38,378 nt of DNA from Minisyncoccota bacterium (GTDB taxonomy: Bacteria; Patescibacteriota; Minisyncoccia; Phycocordibacterales; CAJQIN01). The number at the start of each line of letters is the position of its first letter. Positions within the stretch are counted from its first letter, which is position 1. Both the position numbers and the translations under genes were made by a program. Under the pieces are notes generated by a model. That model was not told where the DNA came from. It worked only from the letters and a program-made list of their open reading frames with translations, and did not search any database. The stretch spans positions 1-38,378 of the forward strand of contig JALEGR010000043.1 in assembly GCA_022763265.1 (NCBI GenBank), given 5' to 3'. Positions 18,733 through 27,585 of the stretch are shown here, one piece after another.

Positions 18733-19785
18733 TTAAATTGAAATATTTCCGTAATTAAATCCCCCAATTTTAATGTCACCAATAAATCTATCTAGCAGTT
18801 CACTAAAATCTAGGTTAAAGATATCTTCAAAGATGTCTATCACGGAAGTTTTTAGGAGACCAGTTTCCAGGTCATTTAGTGCACCATTAAGTCTCTCACA
18901 CATTTCTGCTAACCTGTCTGTTACATATGTCTCCCCAACGAATTCATCAGATAGCTCTAAAGACCTCTGGCAGGTTGAGAGTGCTCTATTAATTTTAGAT
19001 TCATTAACTGAAGAAGGTGTTATAACATTTCCATATATATCTTCTGTAGCATGAAATCCACCACCTTGATTTAGTTTTTGTTCTTCAATATAAATTGCAG
19101 AAGACTGTCTTTCGTAAATCTCTTGTTGCGCTTTATCCAGTATACCGAATATATTGTTGTCTGGGTTTTGTGTTAGGTGATACCATGCGTCCCAGCCACC
19201 TTTTGTGAAGTCTCCTTCAAGAAATGCTTTAGTATTTTCTTTGCTTCCAGTATGTAGGTCCAGGGTGTAATTTCTTGAGTACACTCCACTATCTTTATTC
19301 TCAATTAGTACCCTAGCTACAGATTCAAGGTATTCTTTTTCAAAACTGTTTCCACCCGGGGTATTAAGCTCTCCTGTTTCAAAATTATACCCAAAGTTTT
19401 CAAGCATGAACTTATTGAATTCACTCTTTGCCACACTTTGGTAAAAGGATGACAAATTTTGTTCAAACAGTGGCAGGTTCTCGGGTCCTTTCTCCTCAGT
19501 TGGTAGATATCTATTACCCAAATATCCCTTGTATCCCCTTCTAACAAATTCTATCTCAGTAGAAGTTTCATCGGCCAGGCTACTTTTTGCCTCGAATTCT
19601 TGCAAAGGGTCTTGTTCTAATTCCTTTTCTAGCAACAGATTAAGTTTTTCAAGTATCTCCATACTTATATCTATATGCTCTTCGTCAACAACAGGTACAC
19701 GTTCTCCAAAATTACCCTGAGCAAAAGTAGAGGCAGGTAGTATAAAAACAAAAAGGGATAGGATAAAAAAGCTAAAAATTTTCAT
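18733..19785 (-). CDS. Hypothetical secreted protein
   Basis: 350 aa with a signal peptide MKIFSFFILSLFVFILPASTFAQ. No family recognised. Confidence 0.5.
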   Translation of the reverse strand: MKIFSFFILSLFVFILPASTFAQGNFGERVPVVDEEHIDISMEILEKLNLLLEKELEQDPLQEFEAKSSLADETSTEIEFVRRGYKGYLGNRYLPTEEKGPENLPLFEQNLSSFYQSVAKSEFNKFMLENFGYNFETGELNTPGGNSFEKEYLESVARVLIENKDSGVYSRNYTLDLHTGSKENTKAFLEGDFTKGGWDAWYHLTQNPDNNIFGILDKAQQEIYERQSSAIYIEEQKLNQGGGFHATEDIYGNVITPSSVNESKINRALSTCQRSLELSDEFVGETYVTDRLAEMCERLNGALNDLETGLLKTSVIDIFEDIFNLDFSELLDRFIGDIKIGGFNYGNISI

Positions 19786-19862
19786 AATAAATTTCCCTAA
19801 TACTATATATTGTATTATACCTTCTTTTCTACCTTAAAGAAGAGAAATTATGTGTAAAACCA

Positions 19863-20666
19863 TTAGTTTTTAAAGTATTCTTCCAGACTTTTATATGCAT
19901 CTATAAATACAGATGCTTGTTCTTCATATGCAGAAGCATATATTCTTGCAAGTAATGGGTCCTCGACCAGCTTCTCCATACCTTCTATTCTGTCTATAAT
20001 AAGTCCAATACTATTTATGAGCTTCAGATGAATTTCTGTAGCATCACTTGGTACTGAAATGGCAATAAATGATTTTTGTAGAGACCTGTAACTTTCTTTT
20101 ATAGCGTTTAAGTTCCTTATTTCAGATCTTTTCTCGTCATTTGTCCCTAAAGACTGGGCTCTTCTGAAGATTGTCAGCTCATTTTCTAGGTTATCTGGGT
20201 TCACGTAGAGGGTTACACTACTCTCAAAGCTATTTTGATAGTTTTTCCTGGCATTTTCTATTGCAGGGACTATGGTCAGGTCTTTTTGATCGTATTTTTT
20301 GAAATCATTTAATAATTCAGTGATATTTTCTTGCTCTAAAAAGTCAAAAAGCACCTCTTGTCTTGTGCCAACAGCTACATTTTCTGTATCTAAACCAATT
20401 CTAGCGTCATAATACGCAAAAAAACGTTCAGTCATAGTGTCTCCACTGAGCTCATCTAAAGTGTCAAGAAGGCTAAGCTCATCACTTTGCTCTACAAATA
20501 CTTCCGCTAAGAGCGTATTTGAATTAGAGTTCTCTACTCTCTGAGCTGGAGAGTCTTCTTCTTTTGCGTATTCAATGGGTGAAGTATCAAAGACATTTTT
20601 TAGATACGTTCCAAGACCTAGAATAATAATTAATACAATTGCACCTACAAGTAGTTTATCTTTCAT
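19863..20666 (-). CDS. Hypothetical membrane-anchored protein (first gene of the cluster)
   Basis: 267 aa with a single N-terminal TM (LLVGAIVLIIILGLGTYL). Confidence 0.5.
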   Translation of the reverse strand: MKDKLLVGAIVLIIILGLGTYLKNVFDTSPIEYAKEEDSPAQRVENSNSNTLLAEVFVEQSDELSLLDTLDELSGDTMTERFFAYYDARIGLDTENVAVGTRQEVLFDFLEQENITELLNDFKKYDQKDLTIVPAIENARKNYQNSFESSVTLYVNPDNLENELTIFRRAQSLGTNDEKRSEIRNLNAIKESYRSLQKSFIAISVPSDATEIHLKLINSIGLIIDRIEGMEKLVEDPLLARIYASAYEEQASVFIDAYKSLEEYFKN

Positions 20667-20708
20667 ACAATTTTATTGTATCAAAAAATTATAAGGTATT
20701 ATATATGT

Positions 20709-21356
20709 ATGAAATATGTTTTTGTAATATTCCTTATACTACTGGCGTTTAGTGTGGCAGATGCTAGAAGTTTGTACGTTGGTGTAAGTGGTGAGGATGT
20801 AAGAGATTTACAAGAGTTTTTAAACTCCAATCCAGAAACTCAGGTTGCTGTATCTGGCCCAGGGTCACCCGGAAATGAAACTACTTATTTTGGAGAACTT
20901 ACTAAAGCTGCAGTTATAAAGTTTCAAGAAATTTACAAAGAAGAGATACTAGAACCCTTGGATCTCTTAGTGGGAACTGGGTTTGTCGGAGATCTAACCA
21001 GACAAGTGATTGATAGTCTATTGAACAAGATTGTATCTGTAGAAGAGGTTCAAACTGAGATTCCTGTAGAAAATGAGTATTATACAAATGACAATGTCTT
21101 TGGTGGTAAGATAGAAAGATCTTTTTACTGTGCTTGCAGCAGAAACTATTATATAGAAATATCCGACCCAAAAGGGGGTGATTTTGTTTGGGATCCAACA
21201 AGTCCCCAGTTTAGGGAACACCAATTACCTGAAGTCGGTGTTTGGACAGTTGGGTTATATGAACCAGGTGGAATCTGTATTGTCTATTCTGGAGATGATT
21301 GCCGTGTTTACCGAAGGACTAACAATATTACTGAAATTGTTGGGACATCTTTCTAA
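20709..21356 (+). CDS. Secreted protein with peptidoglycan-binding (PG_binding_1-like) domain
   Basis: Signal peptide MKYVFVIFLILLAFSVADA. GEDVRDLQEFLN...YFGELTKAAVIKFQEIY is the PGBD repeat pattern. The start was moved to ATG 20709, inside track ORF 20676. Confidence 0.6.
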   Translation: MKYVFVIFLILLAFSVADARSLYVGVSGEDVRDLQEFLNSNPETQVAVSGPGSPGNETTYFGELTKAAVIKFQEIYKEEILEPLDLLVGTGFVGDLTRQVIDSLLNKIVSVEEVQTEIPVENEYYTNDNVFGGKIERSFYCACSRNYYIEISDPKGGDFVWDPTSPQFREHQLPEVGVWTVGLYEPGGICIVYSGDDCRVYRRTNNITEIVGTSF

Positions 21357-22065
21357 CTATATCAAGCCAATCTTTCAAAGAAAGGTCCTCGGGTCTTCTA
21401 GGGTCCTCTATTCTTATTAGTGACTTTAGATTTTTTGACACTTTCTTTCTTTTGCTAGAAAAACCTGTTTTTAATACTTTAAAAAATAAGTTCTCGTCTA
21501 AATTCTTAAAGTTATCCCTAGAAATATTTTCAATGTGTAGAATAGCTGAATCGACTTTTGGTATGGGATTGAAGTTTCCTCTTTTAACGGTCTTTATATA
21601 AGTGGGGTTTCCATAAACCTTTACACTAATTGAAAGTAGGCTTTCCTTAGAATCTTTAGCTACAATTCTTTCGGCTACTTCTTTTTGAATTAGTAAAGTC
21701 ATCGATGTTGGTTGGTTTTCTGTCTCAAGAAAATGTCTAATTATTTTACCCGTAATGTAATATGGGATATTTGCCACTATTTTGTAGGGTTCCTTTATAA
21801 AAAGATCTGTTTCTAAAACATCTCCATGTATTACTTCTAAATTGTCTACATTCTCTTCAGATAGTCTTTTATAAAGAAGATTATCTTTTTCTACAGCAAT
21901 TACTCGGGCACCTTTTTCTAAAAGTTTTTTAGTTAATGCACCAGTTCCTGGTCCGATTTCTACAACCAGATCACTATTTGAAACACTAAATGCCATATCA
22001 AGAGCAACTTGTGGCTGTATTAGGAAGTTTTGGCCGAGAGATTTTTTGGGGAAAAATATTACCAT
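21328..22065 (-). CDS. rsmA: 16S rRNA (adenine1518/1519-N6)-dimethyltransferase RsmA/KsgA
   Basis: KKSLGQNFL, the SAM-binding motif VVEIGPGTGALT, and NIPYYIT. Confidence 0.9.
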   Translation of the reverse strand: MVIFFPKKSLGQNFLIQPQVALDMAFSVSNSDLVVEIGPGTGALTKKLLEKGARVIAVEKDNLLYKRLSEENVDNLEVIHGDVLETDLFIKEPYKIVANIPYYITGKIIRHFLETENQPTSMTLLIQKEVAERIVAKDSKESLLSISVKVYGNPTYIKTVKRGNFNPIPKVDSAILHIENISRDNFKNLDENLFFKVLKTGFSSKRKKVSKNLKSLIRIEDPRRPEDLSLKDWLDIVRKMSQQFQ

Positions 22066-25000
22066 GTTATGTCTCCAAATATAGCATCAATTCCCTTTCT
22101 TCTCCTATCGGATAAGTCATCTTCCTCTACAATGGATTCTTCGATAAAAGATGGATCAATATCACCTATGAATTCTGAAGGTATTCGTAAGTCACTTGAT
22201 CCAAAGACTGTTCTAGAGTGGGCATATGATAGGAAAACTTTATTTCTGGCCCTAGTAATTGCGACATAGAAAAGCCTTCTCTCTTCTTCATTATCTGTAT
22301 CTTTGTCATCCAGTCTTTCGTGTGGAAAGAGTCCTTCCTCTAAGCCTGTTATGAAAACATAATCAAATTCCAGTCCCTTTGAAGCGTGAACTGTCATTAA
22401 TTTCACACTCTCATCACTTGATATGTTGTCTTGATCTGTCGCCAAGGCTGCATCAGACAGGAAGTTGTCTAAAGCTTCTTCAGGATCTAGTTTGTCATAT
22501 CTTGAGGCAAGACTGGCTAGCTCATAGATGTTCTCTAGTCTCTCAAGACCATCGTCTCCGTCATTTGAAAGTTGTTCCTGTAGACCTGAGACTTTAAGGG
22601 TATGTTTGATAAAGTCACTCATTTTTACTTTTCCTGCTTTTTCATATATCTTTGATAAGATTTTATAAAACTCATCTACTTTTTCTTTGGTTTTTCCTTT
22701 TAATTCATCTCTCTTACCATCTATGACTTTTGCTAAAGTAACTTTTCCTACACCTCTAGCTGGTGTGTTAATAACTCTAGATATATCAACAACGCTATCT
22801 GGGTTAAGTGCCGCTTTTATAAAAGAAAGCATATCTTTTATCTCTTTTCTCTCAAAGAATTTAGTTCCTACTAACTGGTATGAGATATTTTCTCGGAGGA
22901 ATGCTTCTTCTAGTGCTCTTGATTGAAAGTTTGCTCTATAGAGAATGGCTATTTCTTTAGGAGAAACTTTTTCTCTTAGTAACTCTTTTACCTTTTCGGC
23001 AATCCTCTCCGCCTCGTTTGCTTCATTCCAACCCTCAATTATTTCTAGCCTCTCTCCTTCTTTATTGGATGTAAAAAGATTTTTCTCAATTCGATTATTG
23101 TTCTTTTTAATAACATTATTTGCTGCCCCTAGGATATTTTGAGTAGATCTATAGTTTTCTTCAAGAAGAATTACTGTAGTGTCTCTGAAATCTCTCTCGA
23201 AAGACATTATGTTTTCTACCTTTGCTCCTCGCCAACTATATATTGAATTGTGCGTAATAATTCCATTAGCGATGTAGTTATTTGTTTTATCAATGTCTAG
23301 GTCATATACAAAAGAGTCTTTGGACTTTATCTTTCTAACACTTTTTACTATAGAGTACCCAGACTTCTGGTTGAAGAGAACCATTCCTGGTCTTACTGAG
23401 GCTGCTGGAAGAAAGGGAAGAGAACACTTAACTGTTCTATCTTTTTCACTCTTACCAAGTCTAGCAATTTCTACCACATTGGCATCGGGTAATCTTTTCT
23501 TCAGCTCCTGACATTTTTTTAATATTTCTCCGTAATTCTTGTTTAATGTCTCGTATCTCCAACTTTTTGGATTTCTGGTTCCACTTCTTGTTTTGAGACC
23601 AAGAGAATTTAGTATTTTTTTTCCTTCCTTATCCTGACCGATTAAGCTCAGTTTGTGCATACTACTGCCACCCCTATTATCGGCACATAGTGTAATGACG
23701 ATATTTCTTCTTCTGTTTACAGCAGTTTGTGGTTGGTGGTGTGGGTAGTCTTTTGACAGGCCTAGTTCTCTAAGTAATGCTGCGGCACCTGATTCGGTGT
23801 CTATGGAATTATATATTTTATCTATTACCTTTTGATCTTGTACGTAACCACCTCCCCTATTTTCTCTAGTGTGTTTCCTGGCGATAAATGGAATTGTGGG
23901 TATTCTGTATTTAAGGGAGGTGGTATATTCCATTATTCTGGAAGATACTTCATCTGTATGTGTTCCTATAATCCATAATTTGTCCGCGTGCTCATGGTTA
24001 TTTCTCTGTACAAATCCAACCATTTTTCGTGCCTGACCTTTGGTATACATCTGAGATATACCAAGTCTATAACCTTTACCTTTTTTATACATAAGGTATG
24101 TAAAATGATATTGTTTTGATATCCCTAATCTGTAGCCAGCAAAATGTATGTGGTTAGGGGTGCTTACCAGACTTTTCCTATCTTCTGTTTTTATTTCAAT
24201 CAGTTCTTTTGATGATTTCCTCTTATGAACTTTTTTAACAGTTGATTCTCTAATATCTCCACTGCCAAAGCTAGACAGAACTTGGTCTCCTTCCTTTATC
24301 TTATCCATAGTCTTACTTTTTCCATCAGCCATTGATATTTTTGTTCTTTTATCCAGACACTGATCTGCATCTCCCACGGCACAGATATTCTTGTGCTCAT
24401 CAGCCAAAAGCTTTATCAGCTCATACTGAACTTTATTCGTATCTTGGTACTCATCAACATGAATGTACTTCCAGATGTTCTGATAGTAATCTAGAATTTC
24501 TTTATCTCTTTTAAGCAAAAGAAGTGTTTCTAGTAAAAGATCATCAAAATCATATGCTTTTGACTCTTTCAGTATCTTTTGATACTCAGACCAGACGTCA
24601 GATACTAATTCTTCCCAATATGATGAGGCTATGCCAGAAAATTCTTCTTGGGTAAGAGCTTCTCCTTTCTGTCTGCTAATATTTCCAAGAATTTTTCCAG
24701 GATCGTACTGTTTTACGTCATAACCCCTTCTTTTCATTGCCTCTCTGATAGCTTTTTTAGAGTCATCTCTATCGAAAATACTAAAATGTCTAGGAATATT
24801 TAATTCTTTATGATGGTTTTTTAGTAAAAAGACACCAAGAGAGTGAAAGGTAGCAATAAAAGGAGAGCTTTCTGTTGGTATTCTCTTATAAACCCTGTCC
24901 TTCATCTCTTTCGCAGCTTTGTTAGTAAAGGTTACTGCTAAAATGTTATATGGATTTACTCCAGATCTGATGATATTGGCGATTCTTTCGGTAATAACTC

Positions 25001-25088
25001 GGGTTTTTCCTGCACCTGCTCCAGCTACTACTAAAAGAGGACCCTCGATGTGAGAAACAGCCTCCTTTTGTCTTTCATTTAGGTTCAT
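22059..25088 (-). CDS. pcrA: UvrD/PcrA-type ATP-dependent DNA helicase, interrupted by an intein
   Basis: Motif I AGAGAGKTRV, motif II HVDEYQDTN, and motif III split as GDADQ | intein | SIYSWRGA. Downstream motifs include LEENYRST, VHASKGLEFD and YVAITRAR. Confidence 0.9.
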   Translation of the reverse strand: MNLNERQKEAVSHIEGPLLVVAGAGAGKTRVITERIANIIRSGVNPYNILAVTFTNKAAKEMKDRVYKRIPTESSPFIATFHSLGVFLLKNHHKELNIPRHFSIFDRDDSKKAIREAMKRRGYDVKQYDPGKILGNISRQKGEALTQEEFSGIASSYWEELVSDVWSEYQKILKESKAYDFDDLLLETLLLLKRDKEILDYYQNIWKYIHVDEYQDTNKVQYELIKLLADEHKNICAVGDADQCLDKRTKISMADGKSKTMDKIKEGDQVLSSFGSGDIRESTVKKVHKRKSSKELIEIKTEDRKSLVSTPNHIHFAGYRLGISKQYHFTYLMYKKGKGYRLGISQMYTKGQARKMVGFVQRNNHEHADKLWIIGTHTDEVSSRIMEYTTSLKYRIPTIPFIARKHTRENRGGGYVQDQKVIDKIYNSIDTESGAAALLRELGLSKDYPHHQPQTAVNRRRNIVITLCADNRGGSSMHKLSLIGQDKEGKKILNSLGLKTRSGTRNPKSWRYETLNKNYGEILKKCQELKKRLPDANVVEIARLGKSEKDRTVKCSLPFLPAASVRPGMVLFNQKSGYSIVKSVRKIKSKDSFVYDLDIDKTNNYIANGIITHNSIYSWRGAKVENIMSFERDFRDTTVILLEENYRSTQNILGAANNVIKKNNNRIEKNLFTSNKEGERLEIIEGWNEANEAERIAEKVKELLREKVSPKEIAILYRANFQSRALEEAFLRENISYQLVGTKFFERKEIKDMLSFIKAALNPDSVVDISRVINTPARGVGKVTLAKVIDGKRDELKGKTKEKVDEFYKILSKIYEKAGKVKMSDFIKHTLKVSGLQEQLSNDGDDGLERLENIYELASLASRYDKLDPEEALDNFLSDAALATDQDNISSDESVKLMTVHASKGLEFDYVFITGLEEGLFPHERLDDKDTDNEEERRLFYVAITRARNKVFLSYAHSRTVFGSSDLRIPSEFIGDIDPSFIEESIVEEDDLSDRRRKGIDAIFGDITW
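23247..24359 (-). mobile_element. Intein (371 aa) inserted in helicase motif III
   Basis: Cys1 (TGT, 24357-24359) directly follows GDADQ. Block B is STPNHIHF. The C-terminal block is FVYDLDIDKTNNYIANGIITHN, followed by the +1 Ser of SIYSWRGA (Asn codon 23247-23249). Confidence 0.85.
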
Positions 25089-25130
25089 TTAGGCAATAAT
25101 AGCACACAAAATTACTATCCACAGAGGTCA

Positions 25131-25158
25131 TTGACCCTCTTATTCCTTTGGGTATAAT
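25131..25158 (+). promoter_or_regulatory. Sigma70-like promoter upstream of the LysM/M23 gene
   Basis: TTGACC (25131-25136), 16-nt spacer, TATAAT (25153-25158). Confidence 0.5.
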
Positions 25159-25322
25159 GCACATATAGATTGAGAAGGTTTAATCAAAATATGGCTTTAA
25201 ACAGGCGTATTTTGTAGATGATTTGGGACGGTTGCTATAAAATTTAGCTTATTTTACCTAACACACAAGACCCTGAAGGCAGTTCGAGTATTCAGGCGAC
25301 AATACGTTTTCTAAAGCAACTT

Positions 25323-26284
25323 TTGAAATTAAAGATTGCTTTTTCATTTATGATGTACGCTGGCTTCTTTGGACTATTTCAGGCAGATACAACTATCCAA
25401 ATACCACAAAAACCAACATACAACGCTCAGAATCTACCTATTCTTGAAGCAAGTAATAGCCCATTTTCAAATAGTGTTGGAGGAGCAGAGATTGTAATAG
25501 ATGATGCCGCTCTATACCCTGAGGTTGGCAGCGGCTCAGTAAGTATTACACAAGTAGTTTTGCTAAAAGTAGTGACAAGATTAGTACCTATGTAGTTCAA
25601 GATGGAGATACTATATCTCAAATTGCAGAAATGTTCGGTGTGTCTTCAAACACTATTCGTTGGGGTAATGATATAGATACTAATGATGTTATAAATCCTG
25701 GAGACAGGCTTGTTATCCTTCCTATAAACGGTGTAAGACATACTGTGGAGAAAGGAGATACTATTAAATCAATTGCTAAGAAATACGAAGGGGACGTTGA
25801 TGAAATATTGAGGTTTAATGAACTTACTGCTGACTCTGAAATATCAGTAGGAGATGTTGTTGTTGTTCCAAATGGTGAGGTCCATAGACCCAAAGCTTCT
25901 TCTGGTGGTACTTATGCCAAAGCGAGTGTTTCTTCAGATTACTTTATAAATCCTGTACCAGGATCTGTTATTACACAATATTTACATGGATACAATGCCA
26001 TTGATCTTGGTGCAAGATCTGGATCGTCTGTATATGCATCAGCCTCTGGTGAAGTTATTGTGAGTAAAGAAGGTGGCTGGAATGGAGGGTATGGTAACTA
26101 TGTCGTGATTAGGCACAGTAATGGTACCCAGACTCTATACTCTCACCTAGCAAGCAATTCTGTATACGTTGGACAGTACGTAAGTCAGGGAGATATTATT
26201 GGGTATGTTGGCGCAACTGGTAGAGCTACTGGTCCACACCTTCACTTTGAGGTTAGAGGGGCAGTCAATCCTTTTAATAGATAG
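25323..26284 (+). pseudogene. LysM-repeat M23 (LytM-type) peptidoglycan endopeptidase with a broken reading frame
   Basis: The N-terminal TM/linker ORF (25323-25595) stops with TAG. The first LysM repeat (STYVVQDGDTISQIAEMFGVSSNTIRWGND) is open in the -1 frame from 25523. The downstream ORF has a second LysM repeat and M23 motifs (YLHGYNAIDLGA, GPHLHFEVR). Confidence 0.7.
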
Positions 26285-26349
26285 TATGTAGGTTTTACCA
26301 CCTACATCATCTCTGGTGTGGGAGGAGAAGTCTAGATAATGTCTCGTAC

Positions 26350-26380
26350 AAAAATCCACACTCTAGGTGTGGATTTTTGT
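26350..26380. terminator. Bidirectional terminator between the convergent M23 and dksA-like genes
   Basis: AAAAATCCACAC TCTAG GTGTGGATTTTT, with A/T tracts on both sides. Confidence 0.6.
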
Positions 26381-26749
26381 TTAGTTATTCATCTCAGCTT
26401 TACATGTTCTTGCTGCTGGATTGGCTTCGAGTCTGTCTCTTTCAATCTCTTTTTTACTTACTTCACACATTCCGTATGTTCCTTTCTCAATTCTTTCTAG
26501 TGCAGACTTGATTTCATTAAATCTAATTTCTAACTGTTTGAGAATAGCAGTATTTGATTCAAACCCTTCAATCTTATCAGCCACCTCATTTTCGTCGGTT
26601 CTTTCCTCCTCGCTCAAATGATCTGGAGTAGCTTCCCAGTCTTTTGGATTATCTGGGTTTATCCTTCCCACATGCTGGAGTTCTTTTATAATTTCTTGTA
26701 ATTCAGACTCTAGCTTTGTTTTGAAATATTCTAAATCCTTGTTTTCCAT
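26381..26749 (-). CDS. DksA/TraR-family protein
   Basis: 122 aa. A coiled-coil N-terminal half is followed by a C-terminal GTYGMCEVSKKEIERDRLEANPAARTC zinc-finger-like segment in which only two Cys are visible. Confidence 0.7.
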   Translation of the reverse strand: MENKDLEYFKTKLESELQEIIKELQHVGRINPDNPKDWEATPDHLSEEERTDENEVADKIEGFESNTAILKQLEIRFNEIKSALERIEKGTYGMCEVSKKEIERDRLEANPAARTCKAEMNN

Positions 26750-26767
26750 ATTGTTTATATAATAACA

Positions 26768-27568
26768 CTATCTAATTTGTTTTGAAGAGATGAATAGGGG
26801 TAGTAATTTCTTGAAAGAATCATTTGTTTTTGTGATAAGAAGAGTGTTTTTATCAAGAAATGTATAAGTTAATATCTCTTCCCCACTTTCATCGTGAAGG
26901 ATTCTGAGATCTCTGTTCTCTGAAATGATATCCTGGAAATTCGGATCATCTGGTATGTATTCTTTACCAAAGAGTGAAGATAGATCCTCGGCTATAAGTC
27001 TTTCCCAAAGAAGTATTCCGGAAAAAGCTCCTTCATATGAATCAACCTCTACTATCCAGAAAGGAACATTTTCTCCTGAAACTTTAACAAGACCAAACAT
27101 CATGTCGCCTGTCATAGATCTAAGAAGGGATCCTGGTGTCCTTGCACCAATGGAGCTTACAAAGTTCTGTGGGTTATCCTGTTCTAGCTCAATGTTTAGA
27201 ATGTCTCCTTCGAAGTTTTGATTTTTTAGAAAATTCGTAAAATCAGATTTACCCTCAACTCTCTTTTTGACTGAATCATCATAGACAAGAATAGTTTCTA
27301 TAATCTTTCTTTCAGGAGTGACAGCCCTTGTTTGCCAGAAATAAAATCCAACAGCTATCATTCCAAGAAATATAAATAGTACTGCCCAAATAAGCATGGA
27401 GGAACTTTTTTCTTCTTTAGTAACCTTCTCGGCCCCTCGCTTCTTCTGCTCTTTTACACTTATAGATATACTAGACTCTTTCTGTTTTTCTACAGTTTCG
27501 GCAATGTCTCCTTCATATGTTCTAAGGGGTCTTATGCTTACGTCAGTCTTAGGTAGCTTTTTATCCAT
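26768..27568 (-). CDS. Hypothetical membrane-anchored protein
   Basis: 266 aa with a single TM (MLIWAVLFIFLGMIAVGFYFW). No family recognised. Confidence 0.5.
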   Translation of the reverse strand: MDKKLPKTDVSIRPLRTYEGDIAETVEKQKESSISISVKEQKKRGAEKVTKEEKSSSMLIWAVLFIFLGMIAVGFYFWQTRAVTPERKIIETILVYDDSVKKRVEGKSDFTNFLKNQNFEGDILNIELEQDNPQNFVSSIGARTPGSLLRSMTGDMMFGLVKVSGENVPFWIVEVDSYEGAFSGILLWERLIAEDLSSLFGKEYIPDDPNFQDIISENRDLRILHDESGEEILTYTFLDKNTLLITKTNDSFKKLLPLFISSKQIR

Positions 27569-27585
27569 ACGCTACTATTGTAGCA

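Noticed and set aside
25159-25322. c-di-AMP (ydaO-type) riboswitch in the long leader of the cell-wall hydrolase gene
   Set aside because: The context is suggestive, but the conserved ACGGGGA / CCCA / GGUGAAUC-type elements are not present.
25551-25595. Programmed -1 ribosomal frameshift in the LysM/M23 gene
   Set aside because: There is no X-XXY-YYZ slippery heptamer and no obvious downstream pseudoknot. An indel or pseudogene is the simpler explanation.
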